From Octopus bimaculoides (taxonomy: Eukaryota), in assembly GCF_001194135.2 (NCBI RefSeq), contig NC_068984.1:24449671-24513670 (forward strand): a stretch of DNA of 64,000 bases, given 5' to 3'. The notes beneath the pieces are model-generated. The model did not search any database and was not told where the DNA came from. It worked only from the letters and a program-made list of their open reading frames with translations. Position numbers and translations under genes: made by a program. Below are positions 12,660 to 25,240 of this stretch, piece by piece. Numbering within the stretch: position 1 is the stretch's first letter; every line of letters begins with the position of its first letter.

Positions 12660-12895
12660 GTGGAAGCACGTGGCTTAATGGTTGAACTCATGACTGTAAG
12701 ATTGTGGTTTTGATTCCTGGACTGGTGACGGATTGTGTTCTTGAGCAAAGCACTTCACTTCAAGTTGCTTCAGTCCACTCAGCTGGCAAAAATGAGAAAT
12801 GCTGTGAGAGACCGGTGTCCTGTCAAGGTGGGGAATATATACAGCATGGAAATAGGGAAACTAGCCCTATGAGTCTATAAAACTCAGAAAGGAAT
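12660..12895 (+). mobile_element. tRNA-derived SINE family C (GCGTGGCTTAGTGGTT head)
   Basis: A/B-box-like head followed by TCTTGAGCAAAGCACTTCACTT; related copies at 35333-35585 (+) and 42545-42792 (-). Confidence 0.65.
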
Positions 12896-14329
12896 TTTAC
12901 TTCTTTTTTTTTAATTAAATTCATAACTAATAACATAGTAAAGAAAATCTGAAAGTTTGTAGCATATCAGTGAATGAACAAATTTTTAATTGTTAATAAT
13001 GAAACTTTACATAGAAACAGTTTTAAGGATAAAATATCATACATTTCAACCTGAAATAGAATAAGTGAGAACAGGAAAAATGTTCTAGAAAATTTACCTG
13101 GTATAATCCTCTCTACAACTCTGAAATGGCTATTCCTACAGCTAAGATACTTTTTCTTTATTTAGTAAGCATTTTCCTCTGCAAGATAGATACCATAAAA
13201 TCAGAAAAACTGTGAAACTATCTGCCTCTACTACATGCATAGCCCAGAATATTGTTTCTAATTTAGATAAACTAAACAATAGTAGATCTTACAGTAATAT
13301 TTGTATGAACTCTGACACCTATCTCCTTAACTCTAATTACTAAACTAAAGAAACTGTCTATTAATATCTACGGACTGATACAATGACAAATATTGACTTA
13401 GCCACCATTAATTTTAAACTCAGGAATCACAACCACAGGCATACCTTCAGAAATTCTGTTAAAAAGAATGTTACATTCTTTTCTGGGTACTTCTAGAAGC
13501 TGAAAAACACCAACAATTACTACAACTTCAAATAGCATTTACTGGAAGTCTTATAAGGTAACAGAAAGCTCTGTGACTTATATAAGGCTGAAGTGATGGA
13601 AATTCTATTAATCAATAAGAACTTGGAGAAAATCACTATATGTAGACATAAAATATGTAGGTTATACCTGTATTTTTAACCATAATATCCTAATGGCTGA
13701 TAATAAACAGCTAACTTTAAATCTCTGAAAATTTAAGCATACATATTACATTTTGTATTAATGGTACTACTGTAATTACAATTCTGGCTATAAACTCTCA
13801 ACATACATAAAATATGAACCAGACTATTTCTACAGACATAACCAGTTAGTATTCATAAAGAACTGAACTTCATTTTCCCTTCCTTCAGAAATATTATAAT
13901 CAGATTGGCTACACTTAATGATTTTAAAATAATGTGCTGGTTATTTTAATAGCATTTTCCCCAATTAACACTCATTGCTATGTCCCTGAACATTAATGGA
14001 TTGATAATTATATCTGATTTGCTACAAGGAGTTTTATTTAACACATAATTATTAATATTTATAAGATAAATACTATATAGTAAGTTACTTTAATTGATTT
14101 TGATTCCCCACACATAACTCTCTAAAACAGTAGGTTTTGAATTATTAGTGATTTGAAATGCTTTACATCAAAGTACAACAGCACATAAACATTCACTTCT
14201 CCACTAAATTGAAAATCTGCTGAGTTGTTGAATTCTTTGCACTTTTGTACAGCTGTGAGAGTTAGATGTTGTATTGCTGATGCACCAAATGGTTTGAGCA
14301 ACTTCACAAACATTCCCTATGACCCATCA

Positions 14330-14510
14330 TGACCCATCAAATAAATTTTCCAGAAGACCTGGGCAGGCCCAAATCCACATGCATCCAAGAGATGGTTTAA
14401 TGATCTTTGATGGACAGACTACATACTCTCTATGAATGAGTCCAGGATGTCATGACAGTTATTCTATGGAAAGATTGAGTAAGACAAACACCAATAAGTA
14501 CAACTTAAAT
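14330..14510 (+). mobile_element. decayed RTE LINE fragment
   Basis: Translates L*WTDYILSMNESRMS*QLFYGKIE, resembling the RTE motif LRW.GH..RM...R.P.QL.YGEL. Confidence 0.5.
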
Positions 14511-15633
14511 TGAGCCAAATTCCAGCCATTTTGAGATTATGGTTATAAACTGATATGAGTGGCTCCACTGATGATCCCAAGCAGCCTGCAACTTTTAAGA
14601 AACGGAGTGCTTGCAGAGCCTTAAGAAATCTATGATAACAAGCTATGATAGTGCCTTACGCAAGCTATAATAGCTATGTGGTGCCTTAAACAAGCTATAA
14701 TAGCTATGATAGAAAGGCATCTGCTCTTGTCCCAACAAGCAGTATTTCATGGTTAAACTGCAACCATAACAATGCATTTTACTTCAGCCTCAGAAGTTCA
14801 TATGCCAGTTCACAGACACTGACAACACAACATATCTTCTTTGAGCTACACTGTGTGTGTGTGTGTGTGTGTGTGTGCATGCAAGTATGTATGAATAAGT
14901 TATGACTTATGACTGCTTGGAATGAGGACCTGGCTACATGGTAACTACATAATAAAATGCCCTGTAATAGAATGAATTTCCCTACTGACATGATAATTCT
15001 AAAGAGTTTACTATGATTGTATTTAAATATCTCCTAAGTATTACTTTGACAAAAAGATTAATTTAATAATTTAATAGGATGTTCTTAAGAATATAAACAC
15101 ATTTTTTTACTTCTGTTGCTAGGTTGATGACAATTATGACAAAAGTTATTAAATTACTACCTACAATAATATATTTTCAATGACTGTAATTAGTGAGCTC
15201 TTGTTTACTTAATGGTTTAAATAGAAAATTCCTACAAAATTCAAATATGTTTGAACATATAATTACAATACACTTAGTTATTTTTCTAATAAATTTTACC
15301 ATTTTTAAAAATTTCATAATGGAGGAATTCATATGTTCACAGGATTTCATTTATTTAAGCAAATATTAATTTTGATAGTTATTAAAAATGTATGTAATAT
15401 TAATATATCCTGAATTATGAATGTATGAATCTGTAACATCGGAATATTTTGTAAATGTAGAAAACAGGATACAAAGAACACTGATTATAAGAATCTGCTA
15501 GCATGTATGTCATCTTTAGATATGTTTACACTTTTTTTGTATTATTTTGTAGTTATTTTTTTAAATATTTTTAATATAGGTGTAACTCCTAATAGCATTC
15601 AGTAATTATTGGAGATATGTATGCATATATGTT

Positions 15634-16036
15634 CTCTTTTACTCTTTTATTCCTTTACCTGTTTCAGTCATTAGACTACAGCCATGCTGGGGCACCAGCT
15701 TGAAGAATTTTAGTCAAACAAATCAACCCCATTATTCATATTTTTAAGCCTGGTATTTGTTCTGTCAGTCTCTTTTGCCAAACTGTTAAGTGACAGGGAT
15801 ATAAACACACCAACACCAGTTGTCAAACAGTGGTGGAGGACTCAAAGAAACACACACACACACATATATATATATATACGATGGGTTTCTTTCAGTTTCC
15901 ATCAACCAAATCCACTCACAAGGATTTGGTCAGCCCAAGGCTATAGTAGAAGACACTTACCCAAGGTGCCATGCACTGGGACTGAACCTGGAACCTTGAG
16001 GTTGGGAAGCAAACTTTTTACCAAACAGCCACACCT
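15634..16036 (-). mobile_element. tRNA-derived SINE family A (head + GCCTTGTGAGTGGATTTGGTAGACGGAAACTGAAAGAAG central domain + internal (TA)/(TG)n + GAAACAAGTAAAAGAG tail)
   Basis: Full-length homology to the + strand copies at 43203 and 45467. Confidence 0.85.
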
Positions 16037-16626
16037 ATCATTAATGATTTTAATATGAAGTCCTTTATTAGAATGAATAAGATCAATCAAATTGTGACAA
16101 TCTGTATTTGGTGTTTAATATAAAAAATTATAATCTACACAAGTTTTAAAATGTACAAAGTGAATGTTTGTTTTATACATTTACAAATTACTCTTAGTAT
16201 TAACATGCTTATGGTATTGCACTATAAAACTAACCAGCCAAAGTTATCCATCTTTATAATTCTATAAATCAAGTAGACATTAAACGATGTTAGTGGCAGT
16301 GGTGGTGATGGCAACAACAATTCTAACCAGTCCGAGTAATTTAATTATTTTTTCAGCAGAATGTTTAAAGCATCAAACAAGATGCCTTGTGGTATTTCTC
16401 CTGACACTTTACATTCTAAATTTATATCCTGCCAAGATCAATTTTGGTTTCATTCATTTAGGGTTGATAAAATAAAGTGCCAATCTAATACTGTAATTAA
16501 CTAACCACCTCACTCAAAATTACTGACCTTGTACCTAAAATAGAAACAATTGTAATTTAAATATGTCCTTTATATAACTCACGTTATATATTCTTTATGA
16601 AGTGGTATTTAGTAATATCATTTTCT

Positions 16627-16714
<88 letters not shown>

Positions 16715-17329
16715 TTTAATGTTTCACCTTCTTTGCACAAGTGGGAAAGTCTTCTAGACACTGTGTTGCCAATCATCTCAGTTCTTTGTCTTCTTCTATG
16801 TAAGGCTCAATATCCTAAGATGAATCTTCATATTGTTCAGCATCTTACCAGGTTTCCCTCTTCTACAGATGCCATCCATTGTGAGCAACAAGCACTTCAT
16901 GCAGCTATTTTCATCCCGATGCATCACATGCCCTCTCTGACCTCTGAGTTCAAATCCTGCCAATGACAACTTTGCCTTTCATCCTGTCCAGGTTGATAAA
17001 AAACTACCAATCCAAGATGATGGAGTGGAAAAACTGAAAATATCAAACTGCTGGACACCTTGTGGTATTTGTTCCAGTTTTGGAGTTGAACTCATGTCAT
17101 GGCCTACATTGTCTACTTTAATATGAACACTTGACATTTCAGTTGCCTTTAGCACAGTCTACTCTGTTACAAGCATTTAGGCCAGATTTCCAGTTCGAGA
17201 ATACCATCCTTATTCCCCCCCTCCAACCAGTCTCAGAACCCTGCAATGGATCATGGGTGCTGCCTTTCCTCCTGATTGAAAGATAAAAAAAATACTCCAT
17301 TGTTCTTGCAGACTAACACTGCATATCCA

Positions 17330-17475
17330 TCACAGCATGCTCACTTTGTTCTTCTAGTTTTTCCAGGTCCTTCTCATTCAGAGCCCACATCTCATTGCCA
17401 TGTAACATTGCAGTTCATACACAAACACCATGCAGTCTACTTTTCACTTTAAGAGGGAGAGAAATCTTGTTACCT
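17330..17475 (-). mobile_element. RTE LINE RT C-terminal fragment
   Basis: Minus translation LKVKSRLHGVCV*TAMLHGNEMWALNEKDLEKLE. Confidence 0.6.
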
Positions 17476-17673
17476 ATAGAAGTAAGAGCTGGTTAAACTT
17501 GATATGTAAACACATATGTGTGGGTATGTGTACATATCCTGGAGTCTACATCTTGGGCCTCCATGATACCCTTTCATCTAATACACCCATCACACACCTC
17601 AATCACACATCCCTTGTATCATCTCTCAATCACCTATGCCTCTATCACCCATTCCTTTATCATCCATTATTCA

Positions 17674-17885
17674 TTGAAACACAATTTTTCTCTTGGATCA
17701 ATTGTATTCTGTCATTCATACCCACACATCCAGTGAATCATACCTGCTTAATTCCTTTCTAACCTTCACAAATCCTCTGCATTTAAGGCTTACATCTCAC
17801 TATTAAACAGCACTGTAGTTCACACACGACCATCATACTGTTCCTGTGTGAATTGTGATGTTGCATAACAAGCAGGCTTTGGCAA
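17674..17885 (-). repeat. left arm of perfect 212-bp inverted repeat
   Basis: Base-by-base reverse complement of 18561-18772 with no mismatch. Confidence 0.95.
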
Positions 17886-18539
17886 GAAGCAAGAGTGTTA
17901 GACACTCTTGCTTCTATGACTCATCTCTCAATCACTCCCTTTCCTTCTTTTACTTCCACTGTACTATACTGTCAATGCAACTAAAAATGACAATTAGTCT
18001 CTTCTGTTCACCATATATTACTTCCAGTGTAACTAGGGAGGTCACAGGATATATCTGCCTCTTTCTCCAACACCCAATCTCTCTCTTTCTCATCAACCTA
18101 GCTCCCTTGCCTAACAACAAGGGATCTCACCAGCTCCGCATGTACCCCAATATTCTACCATTGCTCTTTACATACCCCAACCTATCTATTTGCCACTATT
18201 CCCTCTCAACATTTATGTTATGCATCTCTCTCTCACCCCTATTTTCTCTAGTGCTGGGACCAAGAAGATAAAGTACACCAGAATACACAGTTAAGAATAC
18301 GTCGAACAGCCCTTCTACTCTTGACAAATATATGAAGAGATTTTCTAGTGCTGGTGCCACTCTGTAAAGTGCTTGAAATTAGAAAGGATATCAAGCTGTA
18401 GAAACCAATCCAAAAATGAATCTTACAAATGAGATGTGGTCCTCCAACCAGCCAGAAGAGCAACGACTTATCCAACATATGCCAGCATGAAAAATAGATG
18501 AAAAATATAAATGGTATTTTACCCTTGCCAGGAAGCTTT

Positions 18540-18990
18540 GTAAAGGTCTTTAGTGAATTTTTGCCAAAGCCTGCTTGTTATGCAACATCACAATTCACAC
18601 AGGAACAGTATGATGGTCGTGTGTGAACTACAGTGCTGTTTAATAGTGAGATGTAAGCCTTAAATGCAGAGGATTTGTGAAGGTTAGAAAGGAATTAAGC
18701 AGGTATGATTCACTGGATGTGTGGGTATGAATGACAGAATACAATTGATCCAAGAGAAAAATTGTGTTTCAAAGGAATCAGAGAGAATACACAAGAGAGA
18801 AGACTGCTGGGATGGTCATGAGATAAGTATGTAGAGTAACAACTGCATAAGGAAGCTAAAGAAACCTGAAGAAGAGGGAGACTGACATAGATATGAGATG
18901 AAGTGGAGAAGACTGATCTCAAGATATTGCATCTCATGAAGATGACAAAGGACCATGTTGAATAGTAATATGCAGTGCTTCAGAAGATCT
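18540..18990 (+). mobile_element. decayed RTE LINE RT C-terminal fragment (contains right IR arm 18561-18772)
   Basis: Translates ..TTVLFNSEM*ALNAEDL*RLERN*AGMIHWMCG...EKLCFKGIRENTQERRL, same family as 59290-59610. Confidence 0.65.
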
Positions 18991-19497
18991 GATCATCTGT
19001 GAAAGCTTGGTAAAACATGTAAAAACTGTAAGAGGTAGTGGTGAGGGCTGAGATGTATACAGTATCTGTCTCTACATTTGGGCCTTTGTATATATCAAGT
19101 AACCATCGGCTCTCTCTCTCTTTCTTGCTTCCCATTTCTCAATCATCCCTATTGTATTCACTGCTCTATGCACCCTGTGAAGTGACAGAAAACATTAGGT
19201 ATCCCTGCTCAATATATCCTCCACTACCACAGGTATTTCACTAGTTCTCTCTCCTTCTAAATCATGATGCTTAAGTAATGAGGAATTGCATCAGTCCTTT
19301 GATATCCAATACAACTATTCTTTTTCTCCTATGTACGGCTGATCAGCGCTCCCATTTTTTCCGCCTCTCCTTTATTGACATCCAACACTCACTAAGCAAT
19401 AAAAAAAATTACCTTTCTATGCAGTCACTTCCATTCCCTCTCTGATTGGTTATACTTTACTGACATCTATCACATCTATCTCTCTATCACATGTCTG

Positions 19498-19531
<34 letters not shown>

Positions 19532-19853
19532 AAACTATCAGTCTGGTGTAGGGGCCTTAGTATCTCTTTCATCATGATGCTTGAGTAATGAAGGATTGCA
19601 TTGGATCTAGTAATATCTGACAACCCCAAATCTCTCTCTCCTACATGCAAACATGTAGCTACCATTCATGTTTATTCCTCTCAAGTTGCCACTTTATTGA
19701 CACCCATCACTCTCTTACCATTGCTGTCTCACTATTCATCACTTGCGCTCCACCTAACCAGCAAGTGCAGCATTACTCTTCTATACTACTATCCACTACT
19801 CCCCCTCACTACACACTAACTATTGAAATCTATCACATTCATACTACCAACCA

Positions 19854-19963
19854 TTTCTACGACTATGACTTGTCCATTCTCTCAATACCCTCAGTAGTTA
19901 GTCACTAATTTCTACGACTATGACTTGTCCACTCACTCACTACCCACAGTAGTTAGTCACTCA
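19854..19963 (+). repeat. ~55-bp tandem duplication
   Basis: TTTCTACGACTATGACTTGTCCA...CAGTAGTTAGTCACT occurs twice. Confidence 0.85.
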
Positions 19964-20605
19964 TTTTCACCCTGCCATTACTGTTCCTCTTCATCATACT
20001 GTCAAGCACTATAACATCCCTGTGTACCCCACTTACACAATGTAACACCATCACTTTGTCTCCTCCAACGTCTTCTCGCATCGTTCTCTCTTCCTATCAT
20101 CATTTATCATCTGCTGTCACCATCTGTCCTACCAAATCTATGAGTAACGTAACCCTGAACAGAAACATGCTTCAGTGGTGAAGATCTTGTCTTGCAGAGT
20201 AAAGAGCAACCTCAAAAGTCCTCATAAGTACTGATAAAACAAGTGTATAGGGGTCACTCTCTAAAGAGACTAGCGAACGAGCATAGACAACGTAAGATTA
20301 AAAGGACCCTTTAGTACCGTCATCTGTATTGGCGCCACGATAAAATACTCCCAGCACACTTTGTATAATGGTTGATGTTAGGAAGTACATTAAGCGTAGA
20401 AAGCATACCAAAATAAAACGTTCGAGCAAGACGTGATACATCACACACACACACGTCTAGAAGGGCAGAAACAAAAAATAAGAATTGAGATCATGACGAC
20501 CAATCTGACCCATGCCAGCATGGAAAGGGGATGTAAAATGATGATGATGTGTGTTCATATATATAAGTGTATGTATGTATGTATATATACATATGCATGA
20601 GTGTG

Positions 20606-20670
<65 letters not shown>

Positions 20671-23353
20671 NNNNNNNNNNNNNNNNNNNNNNNNNNNNNN
20701 NNNNNNNNNNNNNNNNNNNNNNNNNNNNNNNNNNNNNNNNNNNNNNNNNNNNNNNNNNNNNNNNNNNNNNNNNNNNNNNNNNNNNNNNNNNNNNNNNNNN
20801 NNNNNNNNNNNNNNNNNNNNNNNNNNNNNNNNNNNNNNNNNNNNNNNNNNNNNNNNNNNNNNNNNNNNNNNNNNNNNNNNNNNNNNNNNNNNNNNNNNNN
20901 NNNNNNNNNNNNNNNNNNNNNNNNNNNNNNNNNNNNNNNNNNNNNNNNNNNNNNNNNNNNNNNNNNNNNNNNNNNNNNNNNNNNNNNNNNNNNNNNNNNN
21001 NNNNNNNNNNNNNNNNNNNNNNNNNNNNNNNNNNNNNNNNNNTATATATATATATATGTAGGATGCTTGTAGTAGAAACGGACTTCTCGAAATGAATCAA
21101 ACGCGTTAATTCAGCAAGATCACTCATTTACACACGTACAGACATATGTAAACATGACAGACAATAACAATCACGCAATTATATATAACTTTTAATTTTA
21201 TGCTTCTTCTTCTTTCAATGAAGATACCATGTAAACAAGCACGAAGTCTGTCTGATTTTTGTTATTGTTTGTTATGCTGTGTGTGTGTGTACAAATGAAA
21301 TCAGTAACTGAATAAAACTACTACTTACCTTAAGTTCAAGTTTTTAATTAATTGTATTTTCATCTATAACATGTATGAATATAAAAATAGATGTATCTAC
21401 ATAGGTATATATTAGTTGTATTTATACACCATGTATATTCCAGGTTGAGGAAATCTTTTGTCCTCGTGGCTGTTATTTTGGTTGAACGTAGCTGCTTGTA
21501 ATATATATATGTATGTGTGTTTGTGATGTTGTTTGTATATATAGGTGTATGTGTGTGTATGTCTACGTAGATATGTGTATGTAAATGTTTATGTTTGTAT
21601 GTTCGTTCGTGTTAATGAGGAGGAGATTTGTGTGAGTGATAGTTTCTTTCAGTCGATCGTGGATGATTGAGGGCGTGTTATAATAGGAAATCTCTCAGAG
21701 AGACTTGTAACAACGGCTGACCAAAGAGTGATCCGCATTGTTACAGATATCACCAACGATTACGTTCGCTCTAAGTAACTAAACACCCACCCTTACTTCG
21801 CGGATTTTCATGAAAAAAGAAAAGACAACACCAAAACAAAACAAACACACGCTTTACAGAAAGAGATACATGTACAATTTGGAAACACATATTTCACAAC
21901 GTACATACATTCATGCTGGCGTACGTGCGCTCACACATGTATTCATCCATATAGCAGAATACACACTCATACATAGTTAACACCCAACTAACACCGTTAC
22001 AATAACATCAACATTAATCCAACAAACCCGATACTAGTTGCAATGATGATGGTATTGGTTATTGTTGTTGTTATTGCAAGTGCGTGTGTGTATGTGTGTA
22101 TATGTGTGAGTAATGTTATTGTTGTGGTGGCGGTGGCAGTGACGATGCGACCGTCTGAGTTGTGTTCGTGATGATTAAAACGAGTGTTTATAGTTACAAT
22201 GGTGATGGTGATAAAAATAAAGGAATTAAAAAAAAGCTGGTAATCGTGTTTTTATTGAAATAAAAGAGGCAGGGGGGGGGGGGATTGAGAAAGAAAAAGA
22301 TAAACACAAAGAGAGAAGAAATGACAGAATAGAAAAGGTAGGGGGGTGAGATTCGAGAATGAAAATAAGACTCTTAGAGAAAAGTGAATGGATAGAAGTA
22401 AAACTCTACATTATTGAAGAAATAGGTGACGTTGATGTCTGACAGCTAAATATTCATCCACGCAGATGTTAGACAAGACAATATATTTTCTTGATTTCAT
22501 TAAATTCAACTAAATTTGATATATACAAATAAAAGTTGCGTAAACAACATAACAAAAGCAGTAACAGCAATTAATGTAATATATATTTTATAACTATAAC
22601 ACACTGGTACAGACACAATTTATATACAGTATTTTTTTTATAAATTACATGGAATAACAGGATAACGTGGGCAAATATAAACACGTGTCTCTGTACATAC
22701 ATTAACCCATTAATGGTTTGGCTAAATAGCGGGTCTAGTGAAGAAAGTTCCAACATCTGGTTATGCATACCCAAATGCCCCAGTAATGTTTACTAAAATA
22801 GCAAGTTACTTTTAAAGGAACACAAATTTCTGCATAGACAATATATCTGGTAAGTCTGATCTTCATGCCCAAGAGTAGAAAGTCAATGATGTTTGAATTT
22901 TTGCCACCTATTGCTATCCCTCGGGCTCAGCAACCCTTCTCCGATTCTGAATCGTTTTCTTGAGATCTAGTGTCTATATTTCGATTTTATTCTTTGAGGT
23001 TAGGTTTTCTTACTGTCTCAGTTCAAATTGTTGTTATTTAGACCCCCAAACAGCTCTGATTAGGCAGACCCTATGACCAACCTGTATGTTACTCACACAT
23101 AATGTGTTCAAAAACAGCATTATGCAATGTGCTTTCCCATATTTTCAAGACCACGATGTGGTTTAAGAAAAATTCAGCTGCTATTTCTAGCCGATCGAGT
23201 GACCATGCAGAGGTTCCATTATGTTCAAATTGTTAAACGTCCATCTGGATGATATTCGTGTGTGGAAAAAGTTCGAGAGAAAATGAAGTGATAAGAATGA
23301 CTGAAGTAGGCGGTTGCTAGTTTAAGAAAGGAGAAACATGAAAGATAACTGGG

Positions 23354-23470
23354 CGGAGGTAAAGAATACGTACACCACCCGTTTTTGGCGTGACCTTAAC
23401 CCTAACCCTAAACCCTAAGCCCTAACCCTCCACCCTGAACACCTGGTCTGCGTATTCTTTACCTTAGCCG
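23354..23470. mobile_element. short palindromic element enclosing degenerate (CCCTAA)n
   Basis: Perfect 14-bp arms AGGTAAAGAATACG (23357-23370) and CGTATTCTTTACCT (23451-23464); CGG...CCG ends; telomere-like tract ~23395-23437. Confidence 0.6.
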
Positions 23471-25019
23471 ACAACTGAACCCTGGGTGGGGGGCATCCAA
23501 GCTACAAGAATAATGATCAGAGAGAAAAGGATAAATATAAAATGTTTTGTGCTAGGAAAACAACGTAATCTCCTTTCGTTAATTTGGAGAGTTTAAATCA
23601 TCTGGCACTATAAAGTACTGACAGAAGTTTGTGTTTCCAGCTTGTTTTAGTTAAGTGTTTTATTGATGTCATTCAAGTTATGTTTTTTTTTATTTACAAT
23701 ATTTTTACTTTATTAATTTTCTTGCTTTTGGGGGTGGGGTTCAGTAGAAACATCGTTAATGTTTGTACTACAAGAAGAGGTTCTATCTACTCTGGCTGTA
23801 GAATTGTAGAGAACTTAAAGAACCCCCCCCCTCCCACCAGAGACGTACTCCAGGAACATTGTTCAAACGCCTCTGTTCCCTCTTTCAATAGCACCTCTAT
23901 CTATACTATTCAAGTAAAGCATACCCTTTTTTTTTCCTCGTGCAGGTACGACCAAGTGATCCAGCCGTTTGAATCCTAATCTGGGGTATCCATGAATGTC
24001 TTACTGACAGATTAACTTCAGGAAAAGGAATGTTTGTCTTCTCTTTAATAAATTGCCTTTCAGAAGAAATGAGTTCAGCAATCCAAGCTAATTTAATTGT
24101 GATTAATTATATCAAGTTCCTTTGTCTATACCGGTTGGTACTTTATCTCCCCACATTACGTATATGCAGCAAAATGGATAGCGTCAACAAGACATTTTTT
24201 CGTTAAATACAACCTCAATACATGATGAAAAAGGCAGACGTTTATTAAAAACTTCAATAGCTACTAATCACAGTTGATAAATTTTAAAACTCTCTTCCTC
24301 TCTTGTTATATTGATATGAATATACCTTTTTTTTCTGTATCATATTCAAGGTAAGAGTCGCAACAGAATCAAATATACTAAATTGCATCTACACGCTAAT
24401 CACGTATTAATATTAACTACTTGATAACTGATAACTAAGTCTCCACCCATCTGTCGCTATCAATTGACTAACAAAACTCAATAAGCAACATTTTAGTACA
24501 ATTAATCTTTTTTTTTTACTTTTTTTTTTGACAAGGATATCTATATATTAGCAGACATTACACAGATATTAACAGATCTGAAAGAGTTGCTGGTCATTAA
24601 TTTTTTCATATTTATTTATTTATTGCTGAGTCATGAGGAAGGGACAGTGCCCTTGGCCTTTACAGATTCTCTGCAACCAGTGAGGTTACACCAATGATCT
24701 GTTTATACGGTTGCAGGTCAATATCTACAGGAATGACATGAACTGGGAGAAGATTCCAGAGTGTTGATATACTGGGATGAAAGGACAGGACTGAGAAAAG
24801 TAGTTACTATGGGGCTGAGGAAAAAGACTTGGGTTGCAACAGGAGGGATGAGTGGGTTGTGGGTGCCTGAGTGGTGGAGGTATGAGATGCCACCCAACTC
24901 TGAAGCAGAGACCATTATAGTACAATAAAAAAGGACAGAAGGAAGAAACAACATCCCTATAGGCCAGAGACCAAAATGTGTGTTAGTAAATTCCCACTAA
25001 CACTCTTCCAGTTATGACA

Positions 25020-25191
25020 ATGTGGTGCGTAAAAGCACCCATTACACTCATGGAGTGATTGGCGTTAGGAAGGGCATCCAGCCATAGAAAACCATGCCAA
25101 ATCAGACTGGAGCCAGGCACAGCTTTCCTGTATGCCAGCTTAGTCAAACTGTCCAACCCATGCCAGCATGGACAATGGATGTTAAATACTG

Positions 25192-25197
<6 letters not shown>
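25020..25197 (+). mobile_element. RTE LINE 3' UTR tail, representative copy
   Basis: AAAAGCACCC...GGCGTTAGGAAGGGCATCCAGCC...CCAACCCATGCCAGCATGG...GATGATG. Other copies at about 20330-20550, 25240-25392, 25440-25640 (-), 28070-28240, 29232-29491, 35160-35310 (-), 35635-35795 (-), 39970-40180 (-), 46540-46685, 55565-55710 and 57890-58130. Confidence 0.8.

Positions 25198-25240
<43 letters not shown>

Noticed and set aside
13098-13499. Two minus-strand exon candidates (13445-13499 and ~13098-13177) with good splice sites
   Set aside because: Phases are incompatible (joining gives an immediate stop), no recognisable peptide, and such matches are expected by chance in AT-rich DNA.
14561-14625. 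CTGATGATCCC...GAAAC hammerhead-like remnant
   Set aside because: No 3' strand for stem II and no NUH followed by stem I; at best an unrecoverable relic.
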